DNA of 52,485 bases from an uncultured Bacilli bacterium (GTDB taxonomy: Bacteria; Bacillota_I; Bacilli_A; RF39; UBA660), in NCBI GenBank assembly GCA_949745755.1, contig CATJZL010000053.1:1-52485 (forward strand), in the 5' to 3' direction. The stretch's first letter is position 1, and each line of letters opens with the position of its first letter. The notes below the pieces were generated by a model. It saw nothing but the letters and a program-made list of their open reading frames with translations. It was not told the origin of the DNA and ran no database searches. Shown here one piece after another: positions 1 through 9,843 of the stretch. The position numbers were made by a program, and so were the translations under genes.

Positions 1-91
1 GAAAGTGGGGTACACCTGTTCCCATCCCGAACACAGAAGTTAAGCCACTTATCGCCGACGATAGTGAATGCGAAAATAGGATGTTGCCAAG
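1..91 (+). rRNA. rrf: 5S rRNA, 5'-truncated by window edge
   Basis: Canonical 5S motifs CACCTGTTCCCATCCCGAACACAGAAGTTAAG, GCCGA..ATAGT and 3' end TAGGATGTTGCCAAG, followed by a T-run. Confidence 0.95.
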
Positions 92-262
92 ATTTTTTTT
101 GTTTGTATTTAATTATTTATATATATTTCGTTGATCAGTTGATTCTTGTCAACTTTTTTTGTGTATTTTTATTTTTTCTTTCTTTTTTCCTTTTGTTTAT
201 AATTTTTTTCATTTTATTTTTTTGTGGAAATTCTTCCGTGACAACATGTAAGATCGAAATAC

Positions 263-284
263 TTTTCCACAAAAATGTGGAAAA
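263..284. promoter_or_regulatory. Inverted pair of DnaA-box-consensus 9-mers
   Basis: TTTTCCACA (263-271) and TGTGGAAAA (276-284) both match TTWTNCACA; a third one-mismatch copy lies at 223-231. Confidence 0.4.
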
Positions 285-339
285 CAAATAGAAAATTGAC
301 AGAAGAAACTAAAATATGTAATAACTATTTACTTTTATA

Positions 340-369
340 TTGAATATTTTATTTTACCTTTGCTATAAT
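340..369 (+). promoter_or_regulatory. Putative sigma-A promoter of the tsa operon
   Basis: TTGAAT-N18-TATAAT with extended -10 TG (TGCTATAAT). Confidence 0.55.
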
Positions 370-373
370 AAGA

Positions 374-838
374 ATGGTGATAGGAATGGATTATAAAATA
401 ACAGTATATAATGAACAAGATACAATTGAACTTGCTCAAAATATTGAATCAGAAAAATTCAAAAATATGGTCATCTGTCTAGATGGAGACTTAGGTAGTG
501 GGAAAACTGTATTTACAAAGGGATTTGCAAAGTCTTTAGAAATAAAAGAAGATGTTACCTCTCCGACTTTTACTATTATAAAAGAATATACATCAGGAGA
601 ATTACCCCTATATCATATGGATGTATATCGTTTAGATGGAAAAGTAGAAGATTTAGGGCTAGAAGAATACTATCAAAAAGGTGGAGTTTGTATTATAGAA
701 TGGTCTGAAACAATTAGAGATTATTTGCCAGAAGAAAGACTTGATATTCGTATAAAAGTAGTAGGAGAAGAAAAAAGAGTAATCATAATTACCCCTCATG
801 GTACAAAATACGAAGATGTATGTGAGGCAATATTATGA
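374..838 (+). CDS. tsaE: tRNA threonylcarbamoyladenosine biosynthesis ATPase TsaE (real start likely ATG 386)
   Basis: GDLGSGKT P-loop, SPTFT, HMDVYRL, IEW motifs; operon context. Confidence 0.95.
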   Translation: MVIGMDYKITVYNEQDTIELAQNIESEKFKNMVICLDGDLGSGKTVFTKGFAKSLEIKEDVTSPTFTIIKEYTSGELPLYHMDVYRLDGKVEDLGLEEYYQKGGVCIIEWSETIRDYLPEERLDIRIKVVGEEKRVIIITPHGTKYEDVCEAIL

Positions 839-1479
839 GAATCTTATACATAGATACTTCTTCTACTTTTTTATATACTGGAATAATAGAAGACAATAAA
901 TTACTTATTGAAATCCAAGAAAAATTAGAACAAAATTTATCCAAAGATACAGTTCCTAAAATAGCATCCATGTTTAAAACAATCAATTTAAAACCAAAAG
1001 ATATAGATAAAATAATTGTAGTAGATGGGCCTGGATCATTTACAGGAATAAGAATTGGAATAACAATAGCAAAAGTCTATGCACATAGTCTAAATATCAA
1101 AATAACATCGATAACAAGTTTAGAAGCAATGGCAATATCAATAAATACAAATAATTATAAAGTACCAGTAATTGACGCTAGAAGAGGATATATCTATTCA
1201 GCAATTTTCGATAAAAATATGAAAGTAATTATGGAGCCACAACACATAAAAATAAATTTATTAGAGATAAAATTACAAGATATAGATAACTATATAATCA
1301 TCACAAATGATGAGGTTAAAATAGAGGGTATAAAAACAACTTATAAACCAAATATTTTAAAAATAGTGGAAAAATATCAAAATAAGGAGAATATAAATCC
1401 ACACAGTGTAAATCCAAATTATTTGAAATTAACAGAGGCAGAAGAAAGTTTGATAAGTAATGATAGAAAGGCTAACTAA
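835..1479 (+). CDS. tsaB: t6A biosynthesis protein TsaB
   Basis: IDTS, GPGSFTGIRIG, IDARRG motifs. Confidence 0.95.
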   Translation: MRILYIDTSSTFLYTGIIEDNKLLIEIQEKLEQNLSKDTVPKIASMFKTINLKPKDIDKIIVVDGPGSFTGIRIGITIAKVYAHSLNIKITSITSLEAMAISINTNNYKVPVIDARRGYIYSAIFDKNMKVIMEPQHIKINLLEIKLQDIDNYIIITNDEVKIEGIKTTYKPNILKIVEKYQNKENINPHSVNPNYLKLTEAEESLISNDRKAN

Positions 1480-1852
1480 AAAAAATATTGAACTATTAGA
1501 TTTTGATATTCTTTCAAAAGAACAAGTATTAAAAGAATTAAATGTAAATCCATATGCAAACTATCTTGTATATATAGAAAATAATAAAATAATAGCCTAT
1601 CTATACTACAGTTTCATATATGATAGAACTGAAATAAATATGATAGAGGTAAAAAAAGAAGAAAGAAATAAAAAAATAGGAACAAAATTACTAAAACAAT
1701 ATTTAGAAATAACAAAATGCCCATCAACATTAGAAGTAAATATAAAAAATTTACCAGCTATAGGACTTTATAAAAAATATGGATATAAAAAAGTAGCAAT
1801 CAGAGAAAAATATTATAATGGAGTAGATGGAATTCTAATGGAAAGAAAATAA
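1460..1852 (+). CDS. rimI: GNAT acetyltransferase, RimI-like
   Basis: R.K.IG..LL motif A, TLEV..N..AI.LY.K.G...R..YY; standard position between tsaB and tsaD. Confidence 0.8.
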   Translation: MIERLTKKNIELLDFDILSKEQVLKELNVNPYANYLVYIENNKIIAYLYYSFIYDRTEINMIEVKKEERNKKIGTKLLKQYLEITKCPSTLEVNIKNLPAIGLYKKYGYKKVAIREKYYNGVDGILMERK

Positions 1853-1865
1853 AAAAGGATAGTGA

Positions 1866-2882
1866 ATGAATATGAACCAAAAAGATATATATATATTAGG
1901 AATTGAAACAAGTTGTGATGAAACAAGTTTTTCAATAGTAAAAAATGGAAGAAAAGAAATAGCAACAGTAATTGCCTCACAAATAGATATTCACAAAAAT
2001 TATGGTGGTGTAGTACCAGAAATAGCAAGTAGAAACCATGTGAAAAATATAACAATGGTAATGGAAGAGTGCTTAGAAAAAGCCAACATGAAGATAGAAG
2101 ATATCGATGCTATTGGAATAACATATGGACCAGGATTAATAGGTTCCCTTTTAATAGGTCTAGAGGCAGCAAAAACACTATCTTTTATTTATGATAAACC
2201 CTTAATTCCAGTGCACCATATTGCAGGGCATATTTATGCCAATTCATTAGTAAAGGAATTAGAATTTCCTCTTTTGGCAATTGTTGTAAGTGGAGGACAT
2301 ACAGAACTTATAAAAATGACAGAACATTATAAATTCCAAAAACTAGGAGGGACCTTAGATGATGCAATAGGTGAATGTTATGACAAAGTAGCTCGAGTAA
2401 TGAACCTACCCTATCCAGGAGGACCAAAAATCGATAAAATATCTAAAAAAGGAAAAATAACCTACAAGCTTCCCTTACCATTAAACGATGATAGCTACAA
2501 TTTTTCATTTAGTGGACTAAAAAGTGCTGTAATAAATCTAACCCATAATGAGGAACAAAGGGGAAAGGAGATAAATAAAGAAAACCTAGCAGCAAGTTTT
2601 CAAGAAATTGCAGTAAAAAGTATCATTGTGAAAGCGAAAAAAGCAATTCAAAATGAAGAACTAAAACATATCATATTAGCAGGAGGAGTAGCAAGTTGTA
2701 CAAAACTAAGAGAAGAATTAGATAAGCTAGGAGAAGAATTAAAGGTAGATATGAGTTATCCACCAATAAAATATTGTACAGATAATGCAACAATGATTGC
2801 AGCTGCAGCATATTATGCCTATCAAGATGGTCGAAAAGCAGATCTGTATTTAAATAGTAAATCAAACGATAGACTATGTTAG
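1866..2882 (+). CDS. tsaD: t6A transferase TsaD
   Basis: GIETSCDET, GGVVPEIASR.H, HHIAGH, VSGGHT, DDAIGE.YDK, FSFSGLKS, CTDNA.MIA. Confidence 0.97.
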   Translation: MNMNQKDIYILGIETSCDETSFSIVKNGRKEIATVIASQIDIHKNYGGVVPEIASRNHVKNITMVMEECLEKANMKIEDIDAIGITYGPGLIGSLLIGLEAAKTLSFIYDKPLIPVHHIAGHIYANSLVKELEFPLLAIVVSGGHTELIKMTEHYKFQKLGGTLDDAIGECYDKVARVMNLPYPGGPKIDKISKKGKITYKLPLPLNDDSYNFSFSGLKSAVINLTHNEEQRGKEINKENLAASFQEIAVKSIIVKAKKAIQNEELKHIILAGGVASCTKLREELDKLGEELKVDMSYPPIKYCTDNATMIAAAAYYAYQDGRKADLYLNSKSNDRLC

Positions 2883-2910
2883 GAGAAAATAAAGACAATG
2901 TAAAACATTA

Positions 2911-2942
2911 ACACTTAATCCAAATTTAAGTGTATTTTTTTA
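2911..2942 (+). terminator. Intrinsic terminator after tsaD
   Basis: ACACTTAA/TTAAGTGT stem, 7-nt loop, T-tract. Confidence 0.7.
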
Positions 2943-3000
2943 TAAAAAATCTTCGGATTATTAAAATGTATGCTATAATAAACATAATAAGGAGGATTAT

Positions 3001-4155
3001 ATGGCAAATAAAATAATACTAAATGAAACTTCATATTTTGGTAGAGAATCTAGAAAAGAATTAATAAATGAATTAAAAGCTAGAAATTTCAAAAAGGTAC
3101 TAGTAATAACAGATAGACCTTTAATAGATGCCAAGGTAACAGAAATGGTTACAAAAGAATTGGAAATGGAAAAAATCCCTTATGAAATATATTCAAAAAT
3201 AAAATCAAATCCTACTGTAGAAAATGTAAAAGAAGGTGTAAATATTTGTAAAAGTACAAATGCAGATGTCCTAGTAGCAGTAGGAGGGGGAAGTGTAATT
3301 GATACAGCGAAATGTATAAGTATTGTTATGACAAATAAAGAGTTTGAAGATATAATATCATTAGATGGAATGGCAAATACAAAAAATAAGGGTCTTCCTC
3401 TAATTACACTACCAACAACAGCAGGAACAGCAGCCGAAGTAACCATAAACTATGTAATAACAGATATGAAAAATACAAAGAAAATGGTTTGCGTTGATCC
3501 ACATGATATACCAGTAGTGGCAATTATAGATCAAGAATTAATGGATAAAATGCCAAAAAAATTAAAAGCAGAAACAGGAATGGACGCCTTAACACATGCA
3601 ATAGAAGGATATTTGACCAAAGCATCTTGGCTGATGACAGATATGTTTCATCTAAATGCAATGGCTTTAATTTTTAAGAACTTAGAAAAAGCAGTGAACG
3701 AGGAAGATAAAGAATCATTAGATAACGTCGCTTATGGACAGTATATTGCTGGAATGGGATTTTCAAATGTAGGTCTTGGAATAGTACATTCTATGGCACA
3801 CTCCTTAGGAGCATATTATGATACCCCACATGGATTAGCGAACGCAATACTATTACCATATGTCTTAAAATTTAATGGGAAAGTATGTCCAGAATTATTC
3901 AAAAATATGGCAGGAGCCTTAAATTTAGAGATAGATGGACTAGCAGATAACGAAATAGTAGATAAATTTGTTATGGAAATAAGAAGAATAGCAGAAAATA
4001 TAGGCATCCCCAAAACTTTAAAAGAAATAGGAATAAAAAAAGAGGACTTAGAAAAATTAGCAAATCAAGCAATAAATGATGTATGTACAACAGGAAATCC
4101 AAGAGAAACAACCAAAGAAGATATCTTAAATATTTATAAAGAAGCCTATGAATAA
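3001..4155 (+). CDS. fucO: Iron-containing alcohol dehydrogenase, lactaldehyde reductase (FucO-like)
   Basis: N-terminus MANKIILNETSYFG, GGGS, PTTAGTAAEVTINYVITD, K.VCVDPHDIP, GMGFSNVGLG.VHSMAH; GGAGG RBS and TGCTATAAT upstream. Confidence 0.9.
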   Translation: MANKIILNETSYFGRESRKELINELKARNFKKVLVITDRPLIDAKVTEMVTKELEMEKIPYEIYSKIKSNPTVENVKEGVNICKSTNADVLVAVGGGSVIDTAKCISIVMTNKEFEDIISLDGMANTKNKGLPLITLPTTAGTAAEVTINYVITDMKNTKKMVCVDPHDIPVVAIIDQELMDKMPKKLKAETGMDALTHAIEGYLTKASWLMTDMFHLNAMALIFKNLEKAVNEEDKESLDNVAYGQYIAGMGFSNVGLGIVHSMAHSLGAYYDTPHGLANAILLPYVLKFNGKVCPELFKNMAGALNLEIDGLADNEIVDKFVMEIRRIAENIGIPKTLKEIGIKKEDLEKLANQAINDVCTTGNPRETTKEDILNIYKEAYE

Positions 4156-4185
4156 GAAAAAGAAAGAAAATAAGGAGTTGGAAAT

Positions 4186-5349
4186 ATGTTAAAATCAAAA
4201 GTAGGATATAGTATGGCTGAAGATAGTTTTACATCTGGATTAACAACAGCAAAAGCCTCAATTATAGGAAATGAGTCGAAAGTAGGTTTTTTATATACTT
4301 CGTGTACTCAAAATGTAAGAGAAATAGTAAGAGGAGTTAAAAGTATAACCAATATGCCTGTAATTGGTTGTACATCAAGTGGGGCTATTATAGTACCAGA
4401 TGGAATTGTTGCAAGCAATCAGGGATTTTCAGGAATGCTTACAATGGCAGACCAAAATTTAACGGTAGGGGTAGCAGGCCATGAAGCAGGAGCAAACGCA
4501 AGATTAATAGGACGTGAGGTAGCGCTAGAAGCAGTAAGAAATGCAGGAATGAAAACAGCACCAGCTTACTTTTATATGGTGGCAAGTCCAAAAGAAGAAG
4601 AAGATTATTTAATGGGAATTCAAGATGTAATCGGAAGAGTACCAATGTTTGGAGGAAGCGCAGCAGATGACACAGTAGAAGGAAAATGGAAAATCATTTG
4701 TGACGATAAGGTGTTTTCAGATGGTGTAGCAGTTTGCTTTTTCTATACACAAAGTGATATCTTAACAGAATACACAGGAGCTTATCGTGAAACGAATATA
4801 TCTGGAATTATAAATAAAGTAGAACAAAATAGAACACTAGTAACAATAGATAACGAAATTTCTTTAAATAAATATGCTAGTTGGATTGGAACAACTCCAG
4901 ACAAATTAAGAGGAACAAAACTTTTAGAAGCATCAATACTACATCCATTAGGAATAAAAGATCCAATAGGAAATTTAATAGTAGTAAGACATCCAATGAT
5001 AGGAAATAGCAACAATACTATGAACATAGGAAATAAGTTAGTAGGAAATACTACTGCTATTTTACTAGAAACAACCATAGATGAATTAATAGATTCAACT
5101 GGAAATGCCCTAAGAAAAGTAAGAAACGACTTAGCAACAGATCCAGCAGCCTATATCTTAATTCATTGTGGTGGTAGAAAATTAGGCATAAAAGAAAGAT
5201 TACCTGAAGTACACAAACAATTAGTAAGAGAAGCAAATGGAACTCCATTCATATGTTGCTTTACCTTTGGAGAATATGGATATCATGAAAATTCAGCAAA
5301 TACCTGTGGTGGACTGATGTTATCCTTTACAGGCTTTGGAGAGGAGTAA
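4186..5349 (+). CDS. Stand-alone FIST N + FIST C domain protein
   Basis: IGCTSSG, P.FGGSAAD, IHCGGR and FTFGEYG motifs typical of FIST domains. Confidence 0.8.
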   Translation: MLKSKVGYSMAEDSFTSGLTTAKASIIGNESKVGFLYTSCTQNVREIVRGVKSITNMPVIGCTSSGAIIVPDGIVASNQGFSGMLTMADQNLTVGVAGHEAGANARLIGREVALEAVRNAGMKTAPAYFYMVASPKEEEDYLMGIQDVIGRVPMFGGSAADDTVEGKWKIICDDKVFSDGVAVCFFYTQSDILTEYTGAYRETNISGIINKVEQNRTLVTIDNEISLNKYASWIGTTPDKLRGTKLLEASILHPLGIKDPIGNLIVVRHPMIGNSNNTMNIGNKLVGNTTAILLETTIDELIDSTGNALRKVRNDLATDPAAYILIHCGGRKLGIKERLPEVHKQLVREANGTPFICCFTFGEYGYHENSANTCGGLMLSFTGFGEE

Positions 5350-5354
5350 AGACT

Positions 5355-6791
5355 ATGAAAAACTTAATTGGTGGAGAAAGACTAGATGCTAAAAATAAAG
5401 ATATCATAAAAATAATCAATCCAGCTACTAAAGAAGAAATAGATACAGTTCCCAATTCAACGATAGAGGATGTAGATTTTGCAGTAAAAACAGCAAAAAA
5501 AGCACAGAAAGAATGGGCAAAAATATCTATATATAAAAGGGGAGAAATCATAGAAAAATTTTCACGGCTTGTAGATAAAAATAAGGAAGAACTGGCACTA
5601 TTATTAAGTAAAGAAACTGGAAAACCAATAAAAGAAGCAAGAGTAGAAATAGGAAATTGCAAAATATTTGCCAAAGGATATGTAGAAAAAGCAAAACATG
5701 AATATGGGAATGTAATACCAGCAGGAATAGAACAAGGACAAGAAAAAACAATACAAATCACAACTCAAGAGCCACTTGGAGTTGTAGCATGTATTATACC
5801 ATTTAATTTTCCATGTGATCTATTTGGTCAAAAAGTTCCATCTGCTTTAATTATGGGAAACTCTGTAGTAGTAAAGCCCTCTACTTGCAATCCTCTTACA
5901 GTTCACAAATATTGCGAATTATTACATGAAGCAGGAATACCAAATGGAGTAATAAACTGTATTTCAGGAAACGGTAAAATAGTAGGAGAGGCCTTATCAA
6001 AACATCCTGATGTAAATTTAGTAAGTCTTACAGGATCTACAAGTGTAGGAAGTACAGTAATGGCAAATGCAGCAAAAAATATAACTCATGTAATGCTAGA
6101 ATTAGGTGGGAATGATGCCTTCATTCTAGATAAGGAATCAGACATAGATTTAGCTGTTGAAGAATTAGTATGGGGTAGATTATATAATACTGGTCAAGTT
6201 TGCTGTGCAAGCAAGCGATTCTTAATTCATAAAGATAGAAAAGACGAATTTATGAAAAAAGCAATTGAAAGAATTTCCAAATTAAAAGTAGGCTATCCAC
6301 AAAATGAAGAAACAGATATAGGATGCCTAATAAACGAAGAGGCGGCTATAATGGTAGAAGAACAAGTTAGAAAAACCATAGAAGCAGGAGCAAGATTAAT
6401 AATTGGTGGAAGAAGAAAAGGTGCCTTTTTTGAACCAACTATCCTAGATAATGTAACAAAAGAAATGGAAGTTATGAAAGATATGGAAATATTTGGACCA
6501 GTAATTCCAATCTGTACTTTTGAAACCATTGAAGAGGCAATAGAAATTGCTAATAATTCCTCTTATGGACTATGTGGTAACATCATCACAAATAATATGA
6601 AAACAGCATTCAAAGTAGCAACAGAACTAGAAGTAGGAGGAGCAATTATTAATGGTGCAAGTTTCTATAGATCAGCAGAGATGCCATTTGGAGGATGGAA
6701 ACATTCTGGTTTAGGGAATGAAGGAATATCATCAACTTTAAAAGAAATGTCAAGAACGAAAACAATAGTACTAAAAAACATCTTAAATTAA
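5355..6791 (+). CDS. NAD(P)-dependent aldehyde dehydrogenase (lactaldehyde dehydrogenase-like)
   Basis: PFNFP, LTGSTSVG, LELGGND, GQVCCA catalytic Cys, EIFGPV, PFGG.K.SG.G.EG. Confidence 0.9.
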   Translation: MKNLIGGERLDAKNKDIIKIINPATKEEIDTVPNSTIEDVDFAVKTAKKAQKEWAKISIYKRGEIIEKFSRLVDKNKEELALLLSKETGKPIKEARVEIGNCKIFAKGYVEKAKHEYGNVIPAGIEQGQEKTIQITTQEPLGVVACIIPFNFPCDLFGQKVPSALIMGNSVVVKPSTCNPLTVHKYCELLHEAGIPNGVINCISGNGKIVGEALSKHPDVNLVSLTGSTSVGSTVMANAAKNITHVMLELGGNDAFILDKESDIDLAVEELVWGRLYNTGQVCCASKRFLIHKDRKDEFMKKAIERISKLKVGYPQNEETDIGCLINEEAAIMVEEQVRKTIEAGARLIIGGRRKGAFFEPTILDNVTKEMEVMKDMEIFGPVIPICTFETIEEAIEIANNSSYGLCGNIITNNMKTAFKVATELEVGGAIINGASFYRSAEMPFGGWKHSGLGNEGISSTLKEMSRTKTIVLKNILN

Positions 6792-6799
6792 TAAAAATT

Positions 6800-6822
6800 C
6801 ACTCAAAATAGAGTGCTTTTTT
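6800..6822 (+). terminator. Intrinsic terminator after the aldehyde dehydrogenase gene
   Basis: CACTC/GAGTG stem then T-tract. Confidence 0.6.
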
Positions 6823-6905
6823 ATTATTTAATAAATTTCACAGGATAGAGCAAAAAATATTTAAAAGCATACAATAAAGTGATATAATAAGAACGTATTT
6901 AGGAG

Positions 6906-7682
6906 TTGGTCAAATTGGCAAAAGAAAAGACAAAAAAGTCACAAACTAGAGTAAAAAGAAACCAAAAATTATATAAGGACACAATAATTACAGAGAGTTA
7001 TGCCATCCATCATAGTATTATATTCCTTTTAATAATTAGCATATTAGCCAATGGTTTTACAATTTATCATTTTATAACGTTTAATCATAATAAAGTAAAA
7101 GTAGTGACAAAAACAAAGACAGAAATCCAAGAGAAGGTACCAGAAAATATTGTCTTTTTGGGAGACTCAATCACAAATAGATATGATTTAGAAAAATATT
7201 TTTCAGATATTAACATAGTAAACAGTGGAAAAGAAGGAAATAAAGCAACTGATATATTAGCAAGTATGAAAGAACGAGTATATGACTATAATCCATCTAA
7301 ACTATTTCTTTTAATAGGAACAAATGATTTAGACGAGTCAACTGAATTATCAGTGGAGGAAGTATACAACAATATTATTGAGATAATCAAGCAAATACAA
7401 GAAAAACGAAATAAGGCAGAAATTTATATTGACTCTCTTCTTCCTGTAAACAGTGATGTAAGATATTCTCCAGCTAGAGATAAAGATAATAATAAAATAA
7501 AGGAACTAAATGAAAAATTAAAAGAATATTGTAAAAAAAATAAATGCACATATATTGATATGTATAATGAATTTTTAGATGAAGATGAGCACCTTAGCCT
7601 AAAATATACAACTGATGGATTGCATCTAAATAACAAAGGATATGAAAAATTTACTGAGCTCATAAAAAAATATTTAAAATAA
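6906..7682 (+). CDS. Membrane-anchored SGNH/GDSL hydrolase (start likely TTG 6915)
   Basis: One TM helix; GDSIT, GTND, DGLH blocks. Confidence 0.9.
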   Translation: MVKLAKEKTKKSQTRVKRNQKLYKDTIITESYAIHHSIIFLLIISILANGFTIYHFITFNHNKVKVVTKTKTEIQEKVPENIVFLGDSITNRYDLEKYFSDINIVNSGKEGNKATDILASMKERVYDYNPSKLFLLIGTNDLDESTELSVEEVYNNIIEIIKQIQEKRNKAEIYIDSLLPVNSDVRYSPARDKDNNKIKELNEKLKEYCKKNKCTYIDMYNEFLDEDEHLSLKYTTDGLHLNNKGYEKFTELIKKYLK

Positions 7683-7789
7683 AAAAATATAATAAAAAAG
7701 TAAAAAAAAAATTAGGTTTGTTTTAGAAAAATTTTCATGATATAATCATTTTAAGAACAACATATAAAATCATCATATGGAGGTTATAT

Positions 7790-8932
7790 ATGAAAGAAGA
7801 AAAAAAAATAAGACAATCAAACTTTGAGCTAATGAGAATAATTTCGATGATATTAATTATTATGTGGCATCTAATTTTTCATGGAGGTTTATTAGAAACA
7901 AATCCTACTAAAATAAATATAATATTAGAACTATTCATACTAATAGGTGCTGTACATGTTAACTCTTTTATATTAGTAACAGGATATTTTCAAGAAAGTA
8001 AAAAAATAAATTACAAAAAAGTACTCTCTCTAATAGCCACTTCGTGGTTTTATCGTGTCTTTTTTTTAGTAATTGCTCTGTTAATAGGTACATTTACTAT
8101 AAGCAAATTAGAAATATTTAATGAACTATTACCAATTGATATGAGAGATTATTGGTTCATAAATTTATATCTGGTATTATATATAATAAGCCCTTATCTG
8201 AATATTATAGTTTCGAAGATAAATCAACAAGATTTTAAAAGGATTCTTATAGGCGGGTTTATCATTTTCTCCATAATCCCATTTATAACGAACAATAAAA
8301 CAATTGCAAATGATGGATACACAATAACAAACTTTTGTTACCTATATCTAATAGGAGCCTATCTGAAAAAATTCCCCATAAAGGAATCTAGTTATTTAAA
8401 AAAATATACACAGAAGAAGCAAAGATATTTATTTTTGAGTATTATGATATTTTTTTGCCTATTGAATTTTATAGGCTATCAATTATCCAAAAATATAATA
8501 GGAGAAAATGAAATTATAAATCAAATGGCAATAAATTATTGCGCAAGCTATCGCGCCTTTAGTAATCCATTTATTATTTTACAAACTATAGGTTATTTCC
8601 TATTTTTTAGTACACTGACAATAAAAAGTAAAGTAATTAACAAAGTAAGTACATTTACATTAGAAGCCTATCTTATACATGAAAACTTTTATGTATTAAA
8701 TATCATATATGATATAATGAAGACAAGAATATGGTATCAATATGGAGGAACAATAGTAATAGGTTTAACTTTAATAATACCATTCCTCATCTTTTTATTA
8801 TGTGTGGCAGTAAGTACCTTTAGAAATAAAATATTGCAATTTATAAAAAAAAGAAAAACATATAAAAAAATAAAAGAAATAGGGAAACAATATCTAACAA
8901 AAATAAGTAAAAATGAAATGATAAAAGAATGA
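7790..8932 (+). CDS. Acyltransferase-3 family membrane O-acyltransferase
   Basis: R.SNFELMRIISM...I.WH, F.L.TGYF, YWF, YL.H; multiple TM helices. Confidence 0.85.
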   Translation: MKEEKKIRQSNFELMRIISMILIIMWHLIFHGGLLETNPTKINIILELFILIGAVHVNSFILVTGYFQESKKINYKKVLSLIATSWFYRVFFLVIALLIGTFTISKLEIFNELLPIDMRDYWFINLYLVLYIISPYLNIIVSKINQQDFKRILIGGFIIFSIIPFITNNKTIANDGYTITNFCYLYLIGAYLKKFPIKESSYLKKYTQKKQRYLFLSIMIFFCLLNFIGYQLSKNIIGENEIINQMAINYCASYRAFSNPFIILQTIGYFLFFSTLTIKSKVINKVSTFTLEAYLIHENFYVLNIIYDIMKTRIWYQYGGTIVIGLTLIIPFLIFLLCVAVSTFRNKILQFIKKRKTYKKIKEIGKQYLTKISKNEMIKE

Positions 8933-9093
8933 TTTATTATAAATAAGATATAAAAAAATAAAAAGAAAATGAATGAATGAAATTATTTTACAAACAATAA
9001 AAATAGAAAACAATATGGTAGAAAATAGAAAAAGTATAAATAATATGTTATACTACTTACATAAACAAAAGAAATAGGCCTGATGGAGGAAAT

Positions 9094-9843
9094 ATGAAAA
9101 AAAAGAAAGAAAAAAGCAAACATGCAATTGTTGTAGATAATGTTTCTAAAAAATTCAAAATCGTTTATGATAAACCCAATACATTAAAAGAAAGATTGGT
9201 ATTTTGGAACAAAAGTAAAATCAGTTATAATGAAGTATTAAGAAATATTGACTTAAAAATAGAAAAAGGAGAAACAGTAGCACTAATAGGAACAAATGGA
9301 AGTGGAAAGTCAACTTTATTAAAATTAATGACAAAAATTATTTATCCAACATATGGAGAAATAACAACAACTGGAAAACTTACTTCTTTATTAGAATTAG
9401 GTGCAGGTTTTCATCCAGATTTTACAGGAAGAGAGAATATCTATTTTAACGCTTCTATTTTTGGTTTAACGGCTGCTGAAATAGATAATCGAATCCAAGA
9501 TATCATTGATTTTTCAGAATTAGGAGAATATATAGATACTCCTGTTAGAACCTATTCATCTGGAATGTATATGAGATTGGCCTTCTCTGTAGCAATAAAT
9601 GTAGATGCAGATATATTATTAATCGATGAAATACTAGCAGTAGGAGATCAGCATTTTCAGGATAAATGCTTTGAAAAGTTAGAAAATCTAAAAAAATCAA
9701 ATAAAACAATAGTAATAGTAAGTCATAGCTTAGAATCTGTAAAAAAACTATGTACAAGAGGAATATGGATATATGACGGAGAAGTAAGAAAAGATGGTAA
9801 TATTGATCAAATAGTAGATGAATATTTAAAGGTGTGTGGTTAG
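9094..9843 (+). CDS. wzt: Polysaccharide ABC exporter ATPase (no C-terminal glycan-binding domain)
   Basis: GTNGSGKST, YSSGM..RLAF, LLIDEILAVGD..FQ.KC. Confidence 0.92.
   Translation: MKKKKEKSKHAIVVDNVSKKFKIVYDKPNTLKERLVFWNKSKISYNEVLRNIDLKIEKGETVALIGTNGSGKSTLLKLMTKIIYPTYGEITTTGKLTSLLELGAGFHPDFTGRENIYFNASIFGLTAAEIDNRIQDIIDFSELGEYIDTPVRTYSSGMYMRLAFSVAINVDADILLIDEILAVGDQHFQDKCFEKLENLKKSNKTIVIVSHSLESVKKLCTRGIWIYDGEVRKDGNIDQIVDEYLKVCG

Noticed and set aside
64-291. 75-aa Phe-rich ORF
   Set aside because: Overlaps the 5S rRNA and is a product of T-rich low-complexity DNA; no RBS
92-300. Replication origin
   Set aside because: Only 2-3 DnaA-like boxes, no dnaA/dnaN nearby, and the rRNA and downstream genes share one orientation
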